Shown in pieces: positions 19,907 to 30,844 of a stretch of DNA of 64,000 nucleotides. The DNA comes from Candidatus Poribacteria bacterium (GTDB lineage Bacteria > Poribacteria > WGA-4E > WGA-3G). Numbering within the stretch: the stretch's first letter is position 1; the number at the start of each line of letters is the position of its first letter. Location: the NCBI GenBank assembly GCA_965242965.1, contig OZ251518.1:3392001-3456000 (forward strand), written 5' to 3'. The notes under the pieces are model-generated. The model worked only from the letters and a program-made list of their open reading frames with translations. It did not search any database and had not been told where the DNA came from. Both the position numbers and the translations under genes were made by a program.

Positions 19907-20692
19907 CTAATGCCCCGTGCTCTGATACTGCAACACGCCCCATCTCCAAAATAGCATCGCGACACCGAGGAAGACGCATCCGACAAACGGTGCGATAAGC
20001 ACACCTACCGACGCGGACTTATCAAGCAGGAACAGCACTGGAAAATAGTTGACACACGCAAGCGGGATGACGAACGTGAAAAAATGCCGAAACCATTGCC
20101 GGTAAATCGAAAACGGATAACTTCCCATAAACAGCCCGCCGTGCGTGAAAATGTTTATCAGTTCGATGGAGTGGACTGTCCAGAAACAGGTTGTCGCGCC
20201 AATGACGGCGAGCGCGATAAAAAAGCAGGTGCCGCCAACCAGCGCGACGAGCAGATACGCAACTTTAGCGAACGTCCACGAAACAGCCAATTGCGAACTC
20301 GCAATCAGTAGGACAACGAGTGCCTGAAAGAGTCTTCCCAACCGACGCAGTAGAAATTGGTGCGCGAACACCTGATAGAAGGTATCCAGCGGCCGGATGA
20401 GCATCGTATCAAATTCGCCGCGCACAACATTATCCTGAAAGAGATCGAAGCCGCGCGCGAACATCTCGGCAAAAGCGAAGCAGATACCAATCATGCCGTA
20501 AAGCAAGCCGACTTCCCACAGCGTCCACCCGGCGAGCTGTTTGAATCTGCCGAACAGAATGGCAATCATGAAAAAGTCAATGACAGCGATGCAGGATTGC
20601 GCGAACAGTTCAAAGAGGAATGAGAGGCGGTATTCCATCTGCGCGCGAATTCGCAATTTCACAAAATGCAAGTAGAGTGACAGGTGGTGCAT
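19907..20692 (-). CDS. ABC-2 type permease (DUF990-like)
   Basis: MEYR, GWT..EV..LYG, GEFD.ML.RP and YP.SIY motifs. Confidence 0.88.
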   Translation of the reverse strand: MHHLSLYLHFVKLRIRAQMEYRLSFLFELFAQSCIAVIDFFMIAILFGRFKQLAGWTLWEVGLLYGMIGICFAFAEMFARGFDLFQDNVVRGEFDTMLIRPLDTFYQVFAHQFLLRRLGRLFQALVVLLIASSQLAVSWTFAKVAYLLVALVGGTCFFIALAVIGATTCFWTVHSIELINIFTHGGLFMGSYPFSIYRQWFRHFFTFVIPLACVNYFPVLFLLDKSASVGVLIAPFVGCVFLGVAMLFWRWGVLQYQSTGH

Positions 20693-20711
20693 TTTTCCGA
20701 TGAAGGTGGCA

Positions 20712-21527
20712 TTAGCCGCCTTGGATGACGAGTCGGGAAAACCCACGGGTGATGAGGATACGCCCAATCCCGATAAAAACGAGCGTCCACACTACCTGTT
20801 TGCCGATGGCGAGCCAGATATCTACGCCGGTGAGGGTGCCTAAATAAATGCTGAACGGAATATCAACGAGCCCCTCAAACGGCAGCCACCTCGCGATGCG
20901 CGCTGCCCACTCAGGCCACAGCGCGATGGGGACGAGCAGTCCGGAAAAGAAGGTGATGACGGTGTGCGCGATGTAGTTAACGCCGGTTGCATCCAGCGTC
21001 CAGAATGCAACACTCCGGACACTCACCGTTATCGCGATGCTGAGGCAAATGGCGAGGAGCATGGAGACAGCGAACGCGATGCCGGTGTCAAGCTGTTGCG
21101 GCAGCATTGCATCAAAGATAAGTTTGCCCAGCCAAAAGGTAGGAAGACTCCGCATGAGGAGGTAGTAAAACGCCTTGCCTAACGCATCCGCGAACCAATA
21201 AGCCTGAAAGTCAACAGGTTTGACAAGTTGGAGCGCGACGCTGCCATCTTTCACCGTTTCGGCAATTTCGGAGCGGCCGCCCCACAACGGCATCAGCAGG
21301 AGGAACGCTTGGCACAGCACCACGTAGGTGCGGATTTCCATCAGGCTGAGGGGTTGCGGTTCGCGCGAGGCGGCATAGAAACCGGTATAGACGAAAATTT
21401 GCACCACGAGGAAGAAGAAATTTGTCGTTAACCCGGCGAGGTTCGCAACCCGATACTGCATCCGCATCTGAAACGATGTCCGCGCAAACGCCAGATAGAC
21501 ACTGGGGAACTGGGAGAACACCATCAC
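20712..21527 (-). CDS. ABC-2 type permease (DUF990-like)
   Basis: QYR, DGSVA..L.KP, FSG..VP and terminal IQGG motifs. Confidence 0.88.
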   Translation of the reverse strand: MMVFSQFPSVYLAFARTSFQMRMQYRVANLAGLTTNFFFLVVQIFVYTGFYAASREPQPLSLMEIRTYVVLCQAFLLLMPLWGGRSEIAETVKDGSVALQLVKPVDFQAYWFADALGKAFYYLLMRSLPTFWLGKLIFDAMLPQQLDTGIAFAVSMLLAICLSIAITVSVRSVAFWTLDATGVNYIAHTVITFFSGLLVPIALWPEWAARIARWLPFEGLVDIPFSIYLGTLTGVDIWLAIGKQVVWTLVFIGIGRILITRGFSRLVIQGG

Positions 21528-22552
21528 GTCTGGATTTGCACGGAGCTCCCTTTCGCAGCCGATGCGTAAATTCCATCAAGCATCTGCATCAGGATAACAC
21601 CTTGCGCCGCAGAGGAGATAGGCACTTTTCCCGCCACGAGGCATTCAACGAAGTGTTTCACCTCTTCGTCAAAACTATTGATTGCGGGAGCATCCAAGGG
21701 TTTATCCACCTCTTTTCCAATTTCTTCGGTGTAAAGCGTGAACGGACTGAGGCTCGCGCCCGCTTTCGTGCCTGCCACTTTGATGTAATTGTCGCCCGGT
21801 AGGTTCAATGCCCATGTCGTTTCCAGCACGATAGTCGCGCCGTTTTGAAAATGGATTTGCGCGAAGGTGGCATCGTCTACATCGTATTTGACGTTATCGG
21901 GGACAAGCCGCCCGAAGTGTGAATACGCCGCGCCCATAATCTCAATCGGTTTCGGCGAGCCCATCAACCACCAGACGCAATCCAGCGCGTGAACACCGAT
22001 ATCGATGAGCGCGCCACCGCCCGCGCGTGCCTTATCAACAAACCACCCTTCTTTGCCGATAGGAATCCCACGCCGACGAACGTAGCCAGCCTTTCCGAAA
22101 TAGACATCGCCGAGTTCACCGGCATCGATGAGCTGCTTGAGCCGCTGCGTCTTTCCATCAAACCGCTGGACAAGCGCGTACATTAAGGTTTTGCCGTTTT
22201 GCGCTGCGGCATCCGCCATCGCTTGTGCTTCCGCCGCGCTGCACGCCGGTGGTTTCTCACACAGCACATGTTTGCCGGCGTTTAAGGCATCTATCGTCAT
22301 CGGCGCATGGAGAAAATTCGGCAGACAGACGCTGACAGCATCAATATGCCGATTTTCTAGCATCTCCAAGTGGTTGGTGTAGACGTTGGGGATTTTGTAT
22401 TCCGCCGCTATTTGTCGCGCGTGCGCCTCGTCCAAATCACAGACAGCGACAACTTCGGCGCGCGCATCGGCGATGTAGCCTTTGAGATGTTGCATCCCGG
22501 GCCACCCCAGCCCGATAACCGCGGCACGCACGGTAGAAGTTTGGTTTGGCAT
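21524..22552 (-). CDS. Gfo/Idh/MocA family oxidoreductase
   Basis: IGLGWPG, GKHVLCEKP and GGGALIDIGVH motifs. Confidence 0.93.
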   Translation of the reverse strand: MPNQTSTVRAAVIGLGWPGMQHLKGYIADARAEVVAVCDLDEAHARQIAAEYKIPNVYTNHLEMLENRHIDAVSVCLPNFLHAPMTIDALNAGKHVLCEKPPACSAAEAQAMADAAAQNGKTLMYALVQRFDGKTQRLKQLIDAGELGDVYFGKAGYVRRRGIPIGKEGWFVDKARAGGGALIDIGVHALDCVWWLMGSPKPIEIMGAAYSHFGRLVPDNVKYDVDDATFAQIHFQNGATIVLETTWALNLPGDNYIKVAGTKAGASLSPFTLYTEEIGKEVDKPLDAPAINSFDEEVKHFVECLVAGKVPISSAAQGVILMQMLDGIYASAAKGSSVQIQT

Positions 22553-22572
22553 AAGTTTTAACTCCTTCTCTC

Positions 22573-23817
22573 CTAATTGTGGCGGAGTGCCTCCGTAGGC
22601 ATCAGGTTCGCGGCTTTATTTGCCGGATACAGCCCAAAGAATATCCCAATGCACGCTGAAACGCTAAACGCAATGAACATCGCTTGCAAGGAGACGACAA
22701 CGGGCCAGGTTATCCCTTTCATGAAAAACGTTGTAAGGATGTTGACGGTAGCGAAGACAATGCCGACACCGACAAAAACACCGATAATGCCCCCGCAAAG
22801 GCTGAGCACAATCGCCTCAATCAGAAACTGGATGAGAATGTCGCGCCGTTTTGCCCCAATCGCCTTCCGCAAGCCAATTTCCCGGGTCCGCTCTGTCACC
22901 GAGACAAGCATGATGTTCATAATGCCGATGCCGCCCACAAACAGCGCAAGCGCGGCGACACCACCGAGCAACACCTGAATCGTGCGACTCGTGCTACCGA
23001 GCTGCTTGATGGCTTCCTTCAGCGTGAAAAATTCAAAGTATTTTTCGGAGATGTGACGCTGACGCAAAGCAACTTTGAGCTCCATTAACGCCTGCTCGAC
23101 CTTGGCAAAACTCGCCGCTTGGACACGGATAGAACCGACACCAGACCAGCCCGGGTTCAGAAACCTTGTCCGCATCGTGGAAAAAGGAATGATGACGCGG
23201 CTATCCCAGCCACCCTGCCACATCGCACTCCCCTTCTCCTCCATCACACCGATAACGGTAAACCGTTCGTCACCGACTTTCAATTCCTGTCCAATCGGAT
23301 CGGCACCATGAAACAGGTCCTTGCGCACTTTGGAACCGATAACACACACGGTATCGCTTCGCTCAATGTCATCCTCGGTCAGAAACCGGCCGAGTGCCAC
23401 ATACCAATTCTCCACATCTTGGTAAGACGGTGTGACCCCATCAACTTGGAGAGACTGAGCCGTCTGTTTATGCCTGACAGACAAGTCCAGCCCCGAAGAT
23501 ACTAAAACGTTGGCGACATTCGGACAATTTTCAAGGATAAAGTCACCGTCCTCGTATTCCAATTCTTCGGGAGTAGTATTCGGCACATACACGCCGTCTT
23601 CTCTTTTAATGTGGCTGGGCCGAAAACAGTAAATCATGCGGGCGGCACCCATTTTCTCCATTTCGGCCAACACAATGTGTTCGGCACCACCGCCGAGAGA
23701 CACTACGGCTACAACGGTCGCGATGCCGATGACTATCCCTAACGTTGTGAGCACGGAACGCAGTTTGTTGCGCCGCAATGCAGCCAAGCCAACGCTAACG
23801 CCTTGTGTAATCTGCAT
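22573..23817 (-). CDS. MacB/FtsX-type ABC transporter permease
   Basis: NKLRS.LT.LG..IG and VGGIGIMNIMLVSVTERTREIG motifs. Confidence 0.93.
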   Translation of the reverse strand: MQITQGVSVGLAALRRNKLRSVLTTLGIVIGIATVVAVVSLGGGAEHIVLAEMEKMGAARMIYCFRPSHIKREDGVYVPNTTPEELEYEDGDFILENCPNVANVLVSSGLDLSVRHKQTAQSLQVDGVTPSYQDVENWYVALGRFLTEDDIERSDTVCVIGSKVRKDLFHGADPIGQELKVGDERFTVIGVMEEKGSAMWQGGWDSRVIIPFSTMRTRFLNPGWSGVGSIRVQAASFAKVEQALMELKVALRQRHISEKYFEFFTLKEAIKQLGSTSRTIQVLLGGVAALALFVGGIGIMNIMLVSVTERTREIGLRKAIGAKRRDILIQFLIEAIVLSLCGGIIGVFVGVGIVFATVNILTTFFMKGITWPVVVSLQAMFIAFSVSACIGIFFGLYPANKAANLMPTEALRHN

Positions 23818-23853
23818 GGTTTTCTCTGCCTCATTATCAGAATTATTGAGGGA

Positions 23854-24067
23854 CATGGCGAGGGACAGGCCATCGCCCTACAAAACGGAAAACGGCGGAC
23901 AATTCCCCGCGAGCGTGCCACGGCGAGGGACAGGCCCTCGCTATCGCTCGCGCGCCAGGCCTGTAGGTCAAGATCGCCTGATCTTGACCTGTTCGGGATC
24001 AGGCAATCCCGAACTACAGTGGTGGGCCCGATGCGCCTCCCCTCAAGGGATAAATTTATGAAACACC
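23854..24067. repeat. REP cluster ending in TTTATGAAACACC
   Basis: GGCGAGGGACAGGCCCTCG and GTAGGTCAAGATCGCCTGATCTTGACC palindromes. Confidence 0.8.
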
Positions 24068-24074
24068 GGCGGTA

Positions 24075-25142
24075 TTACTCGGGTTGCATGGATTCGCCGT
24101 GCAACAAAAATGCGCGGATATCGTAACGCCCGGGGCGTTCAATGGGTAAATCACCGTTCTCGATCATCAAATCAAGCGGATTGGCGTGCGTCCGCAGCGG
24201 CAATTGCACCACTTCATGCATGCGCGTGGACTCGTAGATGGCCATGATAATTTCAACGGCGGCGCGGCCATGCTTTGCCTCCCCGCGATGCTCAGGGCCG
24301 CCTTCAATCCAACTGACTAATTCGGCCGCCTGCGCGACGTGCTGATTCGTGCCATCGGAGGGACGTTCCTCCCAATCCGTGGCTTTATTATTCAGGAGCC
24401 GAACGCGTGCCTCGGTTACGTCGGCGATGCCATCGGTGCCATAGACAATGCCGCCCTGATAATTCGGTCTTCCGATTTCCTGCAGGAGCATGCCGATGCA
24501 TCCACCTTCAAAACCGACAATTCCCGCACTCCTGTCTTCGATTTGGATATCGCGCTCATACCGTTCGGTTTTGCGCTCTACGTTCCCCATAACCCACTGC
24601 GGTGCCGGATCTCCGAGCACATACCGCATCATATCAAAAAGGTGTGAGCAGTCGTTCAAAAGTCCCTGTCCACCCTGGCAGACAATTTGGCGCGGTTCGC
24701 CGATTGCACCCGCGGCGATGAGATTGCGCGCGTCTGTCCACGCCGAATTAAATCGACGCTGATGCCCAATGACGACTTTGACGTTGCTCCGCCGCGCGGC
24801 GATTAACATCTCATCGCATTCGCCGAGGCTGACACCCATCGGTTTCTCACAAAGGACTGCCTTCGGGCTGCGCGCGCAGGCAGCGATTGTCATCGGAGCG
24901 TGAAGTTTATGCCACGTCGCAACGCTCACAATATCAAGGGTTTCGCTATCCAGCAGGGCGCGAGCGTCTTGATAGCAGTGCTCGCTCGGCACACCGTAAT
25001 TTTGTGAAAACTTGTCAAGTGCAGCTTGAACCGGGTCTGCCAGGGCGACAATCTCGGTTTGTGCAACGCCTTGGTACCCACGCGCGTGGGCATTGGCGAT
25101 GCCGCCACATCCGATAATTCCAACGCGATATTTCGCTGCCAT
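24075..25142 (-). CDS. Gfo/Idh/MocA family oxidoreductase
   Basis: IIGCGGIA, VLCEKPM and GHQRRF motifs. Confidence 0.92.
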   Translation of the reverse strand: MAAKYRVGIIGCGGIANAHARGYQGVAQTEIVALADPVQAALDKFSQNYGVPSEHCYQDARALLDSETLDIVSVATWHKLHAPMTIAACARSPKAVLCEKPMGVSLGECDEMLIAARRSNVKVVIGHQRRFNSAWTDARNLIAAGAIGEPRQIVCQGGQGLLNDCSHLFDMMRYVLGDPAPQWVMGNVERKTERYERDIQIEDRSAGIVGFEGGCIGMLLQEIGRPNYQGGIVYGTDGIADVTEARVRLLNNKATDWEERPSDGTNQHVAQAAELVSWIEGGPEHRGEAKHGRAAVEIIMAIYESTRMHEVVQLPLRTHANPLDLMIENGDLPIERPGRYDIRAFLLHGESMQPE

Positions 25143-25176
25143 GTTTGCTCCTATGGACGGTTTTTTGCCTTTCGTA

Positions 25177-26283
25177 TTACTGAGCCGGTGCAACAGTCGC
25201 TTCCCCGAAATGTGCCGAGACTGCGACAAGATCCAACACATTCACCGTGCCATCGCCGTTTACGTCGCCAGTGAGCCCCTCACCGATCTGGCCAAATTGG
25301 CTTGCGACGAGGACGAGATCTTGGATATTAACAGTGCCATCCTCATTGACATCCCAAGCGGGGAACTCTGGCGGCGGCATCTCTATCGTTGTTGTCGTTG
25401 TGACTTCCGCTGTCTTCGTAGCATCAGTGCCCGAAGTTACTGTCACGGTGACTTCATAATCGCCCGGGGCTGTCAGCGCATCGCCAGTGACTGTTAAGAT
25501 GACATCAGCGGACACATCGGCATCAAGTTCAACAGATTTCTCGCTGAGCGCGCCGATGACACTACCCTCAACCCCGACTTCAGGCGAAACTTTAAGCGTT
25601 AACGTATCCATCATATTGCCGGTATTTTTGACGGTGAGGGTATACGTTACGCCTGCGACTGCATCCATTGTTGACTGCGCCATGCTGTCGGCTTCTAATG
25701 AAACGCCTGCAACGGTGGGGATAGGCGGCGTTGATTTAACCGAGGTGGTATAGATATAATCGCCTGTTGCTCCACCATCGTCATTAGCAGCGTTTCCTGC
25801 GGCGTAGAAGGTGATGGGACCGATGTCGACATCCGGTGCAGTCCATTGAACAGTCCACTGGTTCTCATCGGCTGTTCCCTTTGCGGTTCCAGGGGCATTG
25901 TGTTTAACGTATTGCTTACCGTTTGTTTCTGTTAGCAGCGTATTTGCTTCATCGGCGAGTTCAAACGTGCCGGCTTTGGCATCATTTGCATCCAGCGCAG
26001 TGATTTCAAATCCCCACCGGCTTTGTCCTGCACGCGCCAGATCTACGATAATCGTATACACCTCATTGGGCATATAGGTTTCTGGAATTGTCAACATCAG
26101 CGAACCGCCAGGAAGGTTCAATTCGTTACTGGCGTGACACCCCGCCATAGCACAAGTGGCTTCATTGGGAGCCCCCGTTCTTTCGTCTGGGGGGCCGAAA
26201 GAGTAAGCGAACGCGCTGCCGGTTGCCCCCATAAGAAGGAGGACAAGCATTGCGCAAAGAGGAACGATATGTTTTAACTTCAT
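25177..26283 (-). CDS. secreted Reeler (choice-of-anchor V-like) + Ig-like + dockerin protein
   Basis: Signal peptide; GPP..RTGAP.E.TC...CH, GFEITA, WT..WTAP and FYAAGNAAN..GDYIY (Reeler-like); two DVNxDGxVNxxDL dockerin repeats at the C-terminus. Confidence 0.82.
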   Translation of the reverse strand: MKLKHIVPLCAMLVLLLMGATGSAFAYSFGPPDERTGAPNEATCAMAGCHASNELNLPGGSLMLTIPETYMPNEVYTIIVDLARAGQSRWGFEITALDANDAKAGTFELADEANTLLTETNGKQYVKHNAPGTAKGTADENQWTVQWTAPDVDIGPITFYAAGNAANDDGGATGDYIYTTSVKSTPPIPTVAGVSLEADSMAQSTMDAVAGVTYTLTVKNTGNMMDTLTLKVSPEVGVEGSVIGALSEKSVELDADVSADVILTVTGDALTAPGDYEVTVTVTSGTDATKTAEVTTTTTIEMPPPEFPAWDVNEDGTVNIQDLVLVASQFGQIGEGLTGDVNGDGTVNVLDLVAVSAHFGEATVAPAQ

Positions 26284-26387
26284 CAAGTGTCTCCAATCAA
26301 CATTGCAGTTTTAAAAGCCCGCAATGGAAATATGTGTTGTATTCGCACAAGAAACGTATACAAACGCCTCGCGAACAACAAAAAGTC

Positions 26388-26439
26388 TTAAAAAAACGCC
26401 CCGGCCGGTTGCGGAACCGTTGCAGCGGGGCGTTTTTAA
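26388..26439. terminator. probable bidirectional intrinsic terminator
   Basis: AAAAAAACGCCCC...GGGGCGTTTTT inverted repeat with A/T tails. Confidence 0.6.
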
Positions 26440-26486
26440 GCATCGGTGGGACAGTTAAAACGGCAATCCTGTCCCACCGAGAGAAT

Positions 26487-29456
26487 CTATTTCAGGATGA
26501 CCATCTTGCGCGTAGCGGTGAAATCCTGTGTCTGGAGGGTATAGAAATAGATACCGCTCGCGACACGCTCACCGACTTCGTTTCTGCCATCCCAGTAGGC
26601 TGCGCTAGAGGCAGTCATGTAAGAGCCAGTCGGCTGCCAACCCAGGTTGAGCGTCCGGACTAAACGGCCGGATGAATCGTAAATGTGGATTGTGACTTCA
26701 GTTGCTTTGTTCAACTGATAGGGAATCCACGTTTCCGGGTTGAACGGATTCGGGAAGTTCTGTGCGAGGATGGTGTCCTTCGGTTGCACATCGCCGACAC
26801 GCAGTTGCAGCGTGAGGAAGGCATTCCGGATATCCGCGGTTGTCACCGTGCGCTGGAAGGGCCCGGAGACGATTGCGCCGCGCTCGTCATGGAGCGTGAT
26901 TTCGACTTTGTCACCGGCTTCCACGACGCTCTTCCGATTCATGTCTGCCCAGACAGCGGAACTCCGCTTCGCATCACTATTGACGCGCTGGCTTGCGACA
27001 GTCCCAGTGCGCAGGTTCTCTGCGACGACGGTATAGGATGCGCCCGGCTCCATTCCCTGCAAGTCGCTTGTGACGATGAACGCCCACGCGCTCTTATAGG
27101 TGGAGAGTGCGGGTGCTGCGGGAGCAGCCTCTTCCGCAGGTGCGGGTGCTTCAGCAGCCTCTTCCTCACCGTTCTCTTCGGCGGCGGGTGCTTCAACTTC
27201 GGCTTCCTCGGCCGGTGCATCAGCAGCGGCTTCCTCAGCCGGTTCTTCCGCTGCCGGTTCCTCGGCAACGACAGGCTCTTCAGCCGGTGCATCAGCAGCT
27301 GGCTCTTCCACAGGTGTCTCAGCCGGTGTCTCGGCAACGACAGGCTCTTCAGCCGGTTCTTCCGCTGCCGGTTCCTCAGCAACAACAGGCTCTTCAGCCG
27401 GTTCTTCCGCTGCCGGTTCCTCAGCAACGACAGGCTCTTCAGCAGCCGGTTCCTCGGCAACTGCCGGTTCCTCGGCGGCGGGTTCCTCTTCAGCCGGTTC
27501 TTCCGCTGCCGGTTCCTCAGCAACGACAGGTTCTTCAGCAGCCGGTTCTTCAGCAGGTGCCTCGGTCGGCTCTTCGGCGGGTTCCTCAGCCGGTTCTTCC
27601 GTTGTCGGGTTTGACCAGGCTTTACCCGTGAACGTTACAACACCACCAGCCGGCGTATTGACGATATACCCGCGTCCGCCATCAATGGCAAACCCAGCAT
27701 CGCCTTCAGCGACGGTGTAGCCGACAAAGTTCTGCGTAGTAGCATCCAGTTTGATGACAATCGTTGAACCCAGCATATCCGCGAGGGATTTCGCGGTGTA
27801 AGGTTCTGCTGGCATCAACGGGATAGAAATCATATTCAATCCCGGTTCCAGTGCAACATCAAAACCGGATTCTTCCGGCATCATGGGCTCTGTGACGACT
27901 GGCTCTGTCGGTTCCGCCGGTACCACTGGTTCCGTCGGTTCCACCGGCATTGGAGCCGAAACAGGCGTAATCGTCAGCATGGCTACCGGTCCTGTCCATG
28001 CAAATGCTTCGCCGACCTCCGCGCCGCCTTGGATGCCCGCGTGTTCAGCGATAACGCCACCTTCAGTTGGGACACGCGCGTTGCTACCCTCGGGGTCTGC
28101 CGCGGCATCTAAACCGAGCGGGCCGGGGATGTCTGATGCCATCTCCGTATTCTCTTCACTGCCAGCATCGTAAGCATTGAGCTCCAGGCTCATTGTTACG
28201 GGCGCGCCCTCTTCATCAAAGAGCGCAAAATCGGTAAGCGCGATGAATCCATCATTCGTGGATACCAACATCGCTCCAACAGAGAGCGAGGAGTTGGCTG
28301 TGTCAGCCGTTACCGTAGCGGTGGCACTCCCGCCGGGCGGAACAACGCCATCTGCAACGACAACGGATGCTTCCACGGCTGTTGCCAGCGTAACGAGCCC
28401 TGACGTATCACCACCCTCAGCGAGAGCAACGATTGCCTCGCTAGCAGGTTCACCCATCGGGGCGAGATTAATGCCAGCGGCGTGCGCAACAAATATAGGA
28501 GGTGAAAGAACTTGTCCCCCTGCTCCAGCTTCACCGGTGGTGAGATTCGTCAGGGTAACTTCAAACATTTGGCTGGTGGGCATCTCATCAGCGGCTGCGT
28601 CGTCATCGGCGGCTGCGTCGTCATCGGCAGCTGCGTCATCATCAGCGGCTGCGTCATCATCAGCGGCTGCGTCGTCATCAGCGGCTGCGTCGTCATCAGC
28701 GGCTGCGTCATCATCAGCGGCTGCGTCATCATCAGCGGCTGCGTCGTCATCGGCAGCTGCGTCATCATCAGCGGCTGCGTCGTCATCAGCGGCTGCGTCA
28801 TCATCGGCGGCTGCGTCATCATCAGCGGCTGCGTCATCATCGGCGGCTGCGTCATCATCAGCGGCTGCGTCATCATCAGCGGCTGCGTCATCATCAGCGG
28901 CTGCGTCGTCATCGGCGGCTGCGTCGTCATCAGCAGCACCATCGCCCTCGGCAGGTGCTTCATCCGCGGCGGCTGCAACGGTAACCGCGCCGTCCATCGT
29001 TGTGGAATCTAACGCGGCGGCGGCAGCATCGGAAATGAGGACACCGCTCAACGTAATGGCAGACGCTTTTGCCTCAACAACCATGAACGTCACCGTAGCG
29101 AGGGTGCCATCGCCATCAGAGGTTGCGCCTATAGCAACTGCAGCAAGTGGGATACTGCTGTCAGTCGGATCGCTCTGAACTGGTACTGCGCCCGCGGGCA
29201 GGTAATCCCCATTTGCACTAGAAACATAACTGAGCGCAGTGGGATCGAAATTGACAGTCACCTGATAACCGGCGACACCAACACCACCCGCGATGTTAAT
29301 ACTCACCGTCAGTTCTTCCCCGACGGCCGGGGAGGCTACTTCAGCAGGCTCTACAGAGACGACGGCTTGGCCGTAACTCATCGCTGTGAAACCCAAGCAC
29401 ATCACAACAGCTAATAAGGAAAATAGGATTTTCCTATTGAAAAGCTGAATTTTCAT
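26487..29456 (-). CDS. secreted cohesin + Spondin_N protein with acidic repeats and a T9SS/FlgD-Ig-type C-terminal sorting domain
   Basis: Cohesin-like N-terminus ([19 protein letters not shown]); spondin motifs VTLTNLT, LSPP...H, LAEGG, ML..TNDGF and AYDAGSE.N; C-terminal [16 protein letters not shown]...ASGIYFY...TRKMVILK. Confidence 0.85.
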   Translation of the reverse strand: MKIQLFNRKILFSLLAVVMCLGFTAMSYGQAVVSVEPAEVASPAVGEELTVSINIAGGVGVAGYQVTVNFDPTALSYVSSANGDYLPAGAVPVQSDPTDSSIPLAAVAIGATSDGDGTLATVTFMVVEAKASAITLSGVLISDAAAAALDSTTMDGAVTVAAAADEAPAEGDGAADDDAAADDDAAADDDAAADDDAAADDDAAADDDAAADDDAAADDDAAADDDAAADDDAAADDDAAADDDAAADDDAAADDDAAADDDAAADDDAAADDDAAADDDAAADDDAAADEMPTSQMFEVTLTNLTTGEAGAGGQVLSPPIFVAHAAGINLAPMGEPASEAIVALAEGGDTSGLVTLATAVEASVVVADGVVPPGGSATATVTADTANSSLSVGAMLVSTNDGFIALTDFALFDEEGAPVTMSLELNAYDAGSEENTEMASDIPGPLGLDAAADPEGSNARVPTEGGVIAEHAGIQGGAEVGEAFAWTGPVAMLTITPVSAPMPVEPTEPVVPAEPTEPVVTEPMMPEESGFDVALEPGLNMISIPLMPAEPYTAKSLADMLGSTIVIKLDATTQNFVGYTVAEGDAGFAIDGGRGYIVNTPAGGVVTFTGKAWSNPTTEEPAEEPAEEPTEAPAEEPAAEEPVVAEEPAAEEPAEEEPAAEEPAVAEEPAAEEPVVAEEPAAEEPAEEPVVAEEPAAEEPAEEPVVAETPAETPVEEPAADAPAEEPVVAEEPAAEEPAEEAAADAPAEEAEVEAPAAEENGEEEAAEAPAPAEEAAPAAPALSTYKSAWAFIVTSDLQGMEPGASYTVVAENLRTGTVASQRVNSDAKRSSAVWADMNRKSVVEAGDKVEITLHDERGAIVSGPFQRTVTTADIRNAFLTLQLRVGDVQPKDTILAQNFPNPFNPETWIPYQLNKATEVTIHIYDSSGRLVRTLNLGWQPTGSYMTASSAAYWDGRNEVGERVASGIYFYTLQTQDFTATRKMVILK
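28588..28932 (-). repeat. 18-bp coding tandem repeat, (DDDAAA) about 19 times
   Basis: GCGGCTGCGTCRTCATCR units. Confidence 0.95.
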
Positions 29457-29740
29457 TAGATACTCCTTCTAATTTTAACATTTTGGCGTTCGCGCGCCCT
29501 CGCGGACAGCGCGAGCGAATTTCACGTTTGAGAAACGCACTCCACGGAAAGACAGGAGCAGTTCATTATTCACTATCGGCGTGTTGCCGTTACGCGCACG
29601 ACAGCGGATGTCTCAAACGTCGATTTCTTATCAGATACAAGTTTACCTTAATGCCAGAAAATTGTCAAGACAAAACGCATTTGCGCCAGATAATTTCCCA
29701 GACGTTTGCAATAGGCACACTTTTTCTGATGCTAACCTTA

Positions 29741-29769
29741 ATTATACCATAAATTTAAAGATAATGCAA
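29741..29769 (-). promoter_or_regulatory. sigma70-type promoter for the cohesin-spondin gene
   Basis: TTGCAT-17nt-TATAAT on the minus strand. Confidence 0.55.
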
Positions 29770-29781
29770 CAAAAAATCACA

Positions 29782-30414
29782 TTAACTCGTCGCGCGGGGT
29801 GCAAGCGTGTTCCAAACATCGCCTAATTCGGAAACGGCACGGTAAACCGGGTAAAGTGCCTCCCACATCGCTTTGCGGGCGGATTCGGCAGCAGCGGTAT
29901 CACCTGATGCGAGTGCCTCCGTGAGTTGCACGCCCATTTCTTGCTGAACCGCCGCGCACGTTTCAGTCAACTCTGCCAACAATTGCGCCGCATGTATCTG
30001 GCGCGTGACGAGTTCGGGCACCGATATCTGCATATCCGGCACCACATCGTAGGCGCGCGCCGACGCGAAATTGTGCGGCAGCCGTTCACCCGACTCCGCA
30101 CGCGGCGTGTGCGTCGGATGGATATGCGGCGTAACAGACAGATACATCGTTATCGGCTCATCGCCGAGCACACGCACCGAGTGCGGCTGGTCTGCCAAAG
30201 CGATGCACATCTGCCCTGGCCCGAGCTCCTCGCTCTCGCCGTCAATTGTAAATTCAACGCGTCCCTCCAAAATGAGGAAAATCTCGTGCCCGAGGTCATG
30301 GCTATGCAGCTGCGCGCTTTGTCCCGGCTCCATTTTCAAGAACCGCGAGCGAATCTGTGGTGTCACCAGCACATTGCGGATATCCGTGCGGTAATCGTAA
30401 ACTGGAAATCCCAT
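29782..30414 (-). CDS. cupin domain protein
   Basis: HSHD...E.F.ILEG and PGQ......QPH cupin motifs. Confidence 0.88.
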   Translation of the reverse strand: MGFPVYDYRTDIRNVLVTPQIRSRFLKMEPGQSAQLHSHDLGHEIFLILEGRVEFTIDGESEELGPGQMCIALADQPHSVRVLGDEPITMYLSVTPHIHPTHTPRAESGERLPHNFASARAYDVVPDMQISVPELVTRQIHAAQLLAELTETCAAVQQEMGVQLTEALASGDTAAAESARKAMWEALYPVYRAVSELGDVWNTLAPRATS

Positions 30415-30479
30415 TGACAGCCTCCGTTTGAACGAATTATACCGTTTTTGCAGAAAAATGGCAAGAATATTCGTCTTCA

Positions 30480-30760
30480 GTAGGAATAAACTCCCGGTCT
30501 TGACTCCCCAGTAGGAAAGACCTCCTGGTCTCGATGCCCCCTAGTAGGAGAGACCTCCCGGTCTCGATGCAATACCGTAGGAGAGACCTCCCGGTCTCAA
30601 TGCAGTTCCTATCCTTTGAGAGCACACGAAAATTAAGAATTTAAACGCCAGCAGCGTCTCGTTGCAAGAAAAAAGACGCTTTAGGAACGCTAGGCCCCAC
30701 ATGCCTATAATGTGGTTCCGGTATTTACGTTCTATAGACATTAAAGTCCTAATGGACCTT
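30480..30760. repeat. REP cluster
   Basis: GTAGGAGAGACCTCCCGGTCTC copies and CTATAGACATTAAAGTCCTAATGGACCT. Confidence 0.8.
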
Positions 30761-30844
30761 TCCTTCCTATGAAACGCTGGCAGACTTGTCAAACACCCTG
30801 CACTTATGCGGGCGCGCCCCATCGCAAACACGTGCGGCGCGAAA

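Noticed and set aside
26685-29178. Plus-strand low-complexity ORFs (SSAAA, CVIISG, etc.)
   Set aside because: They are antisense readings of coding tandem repeats.
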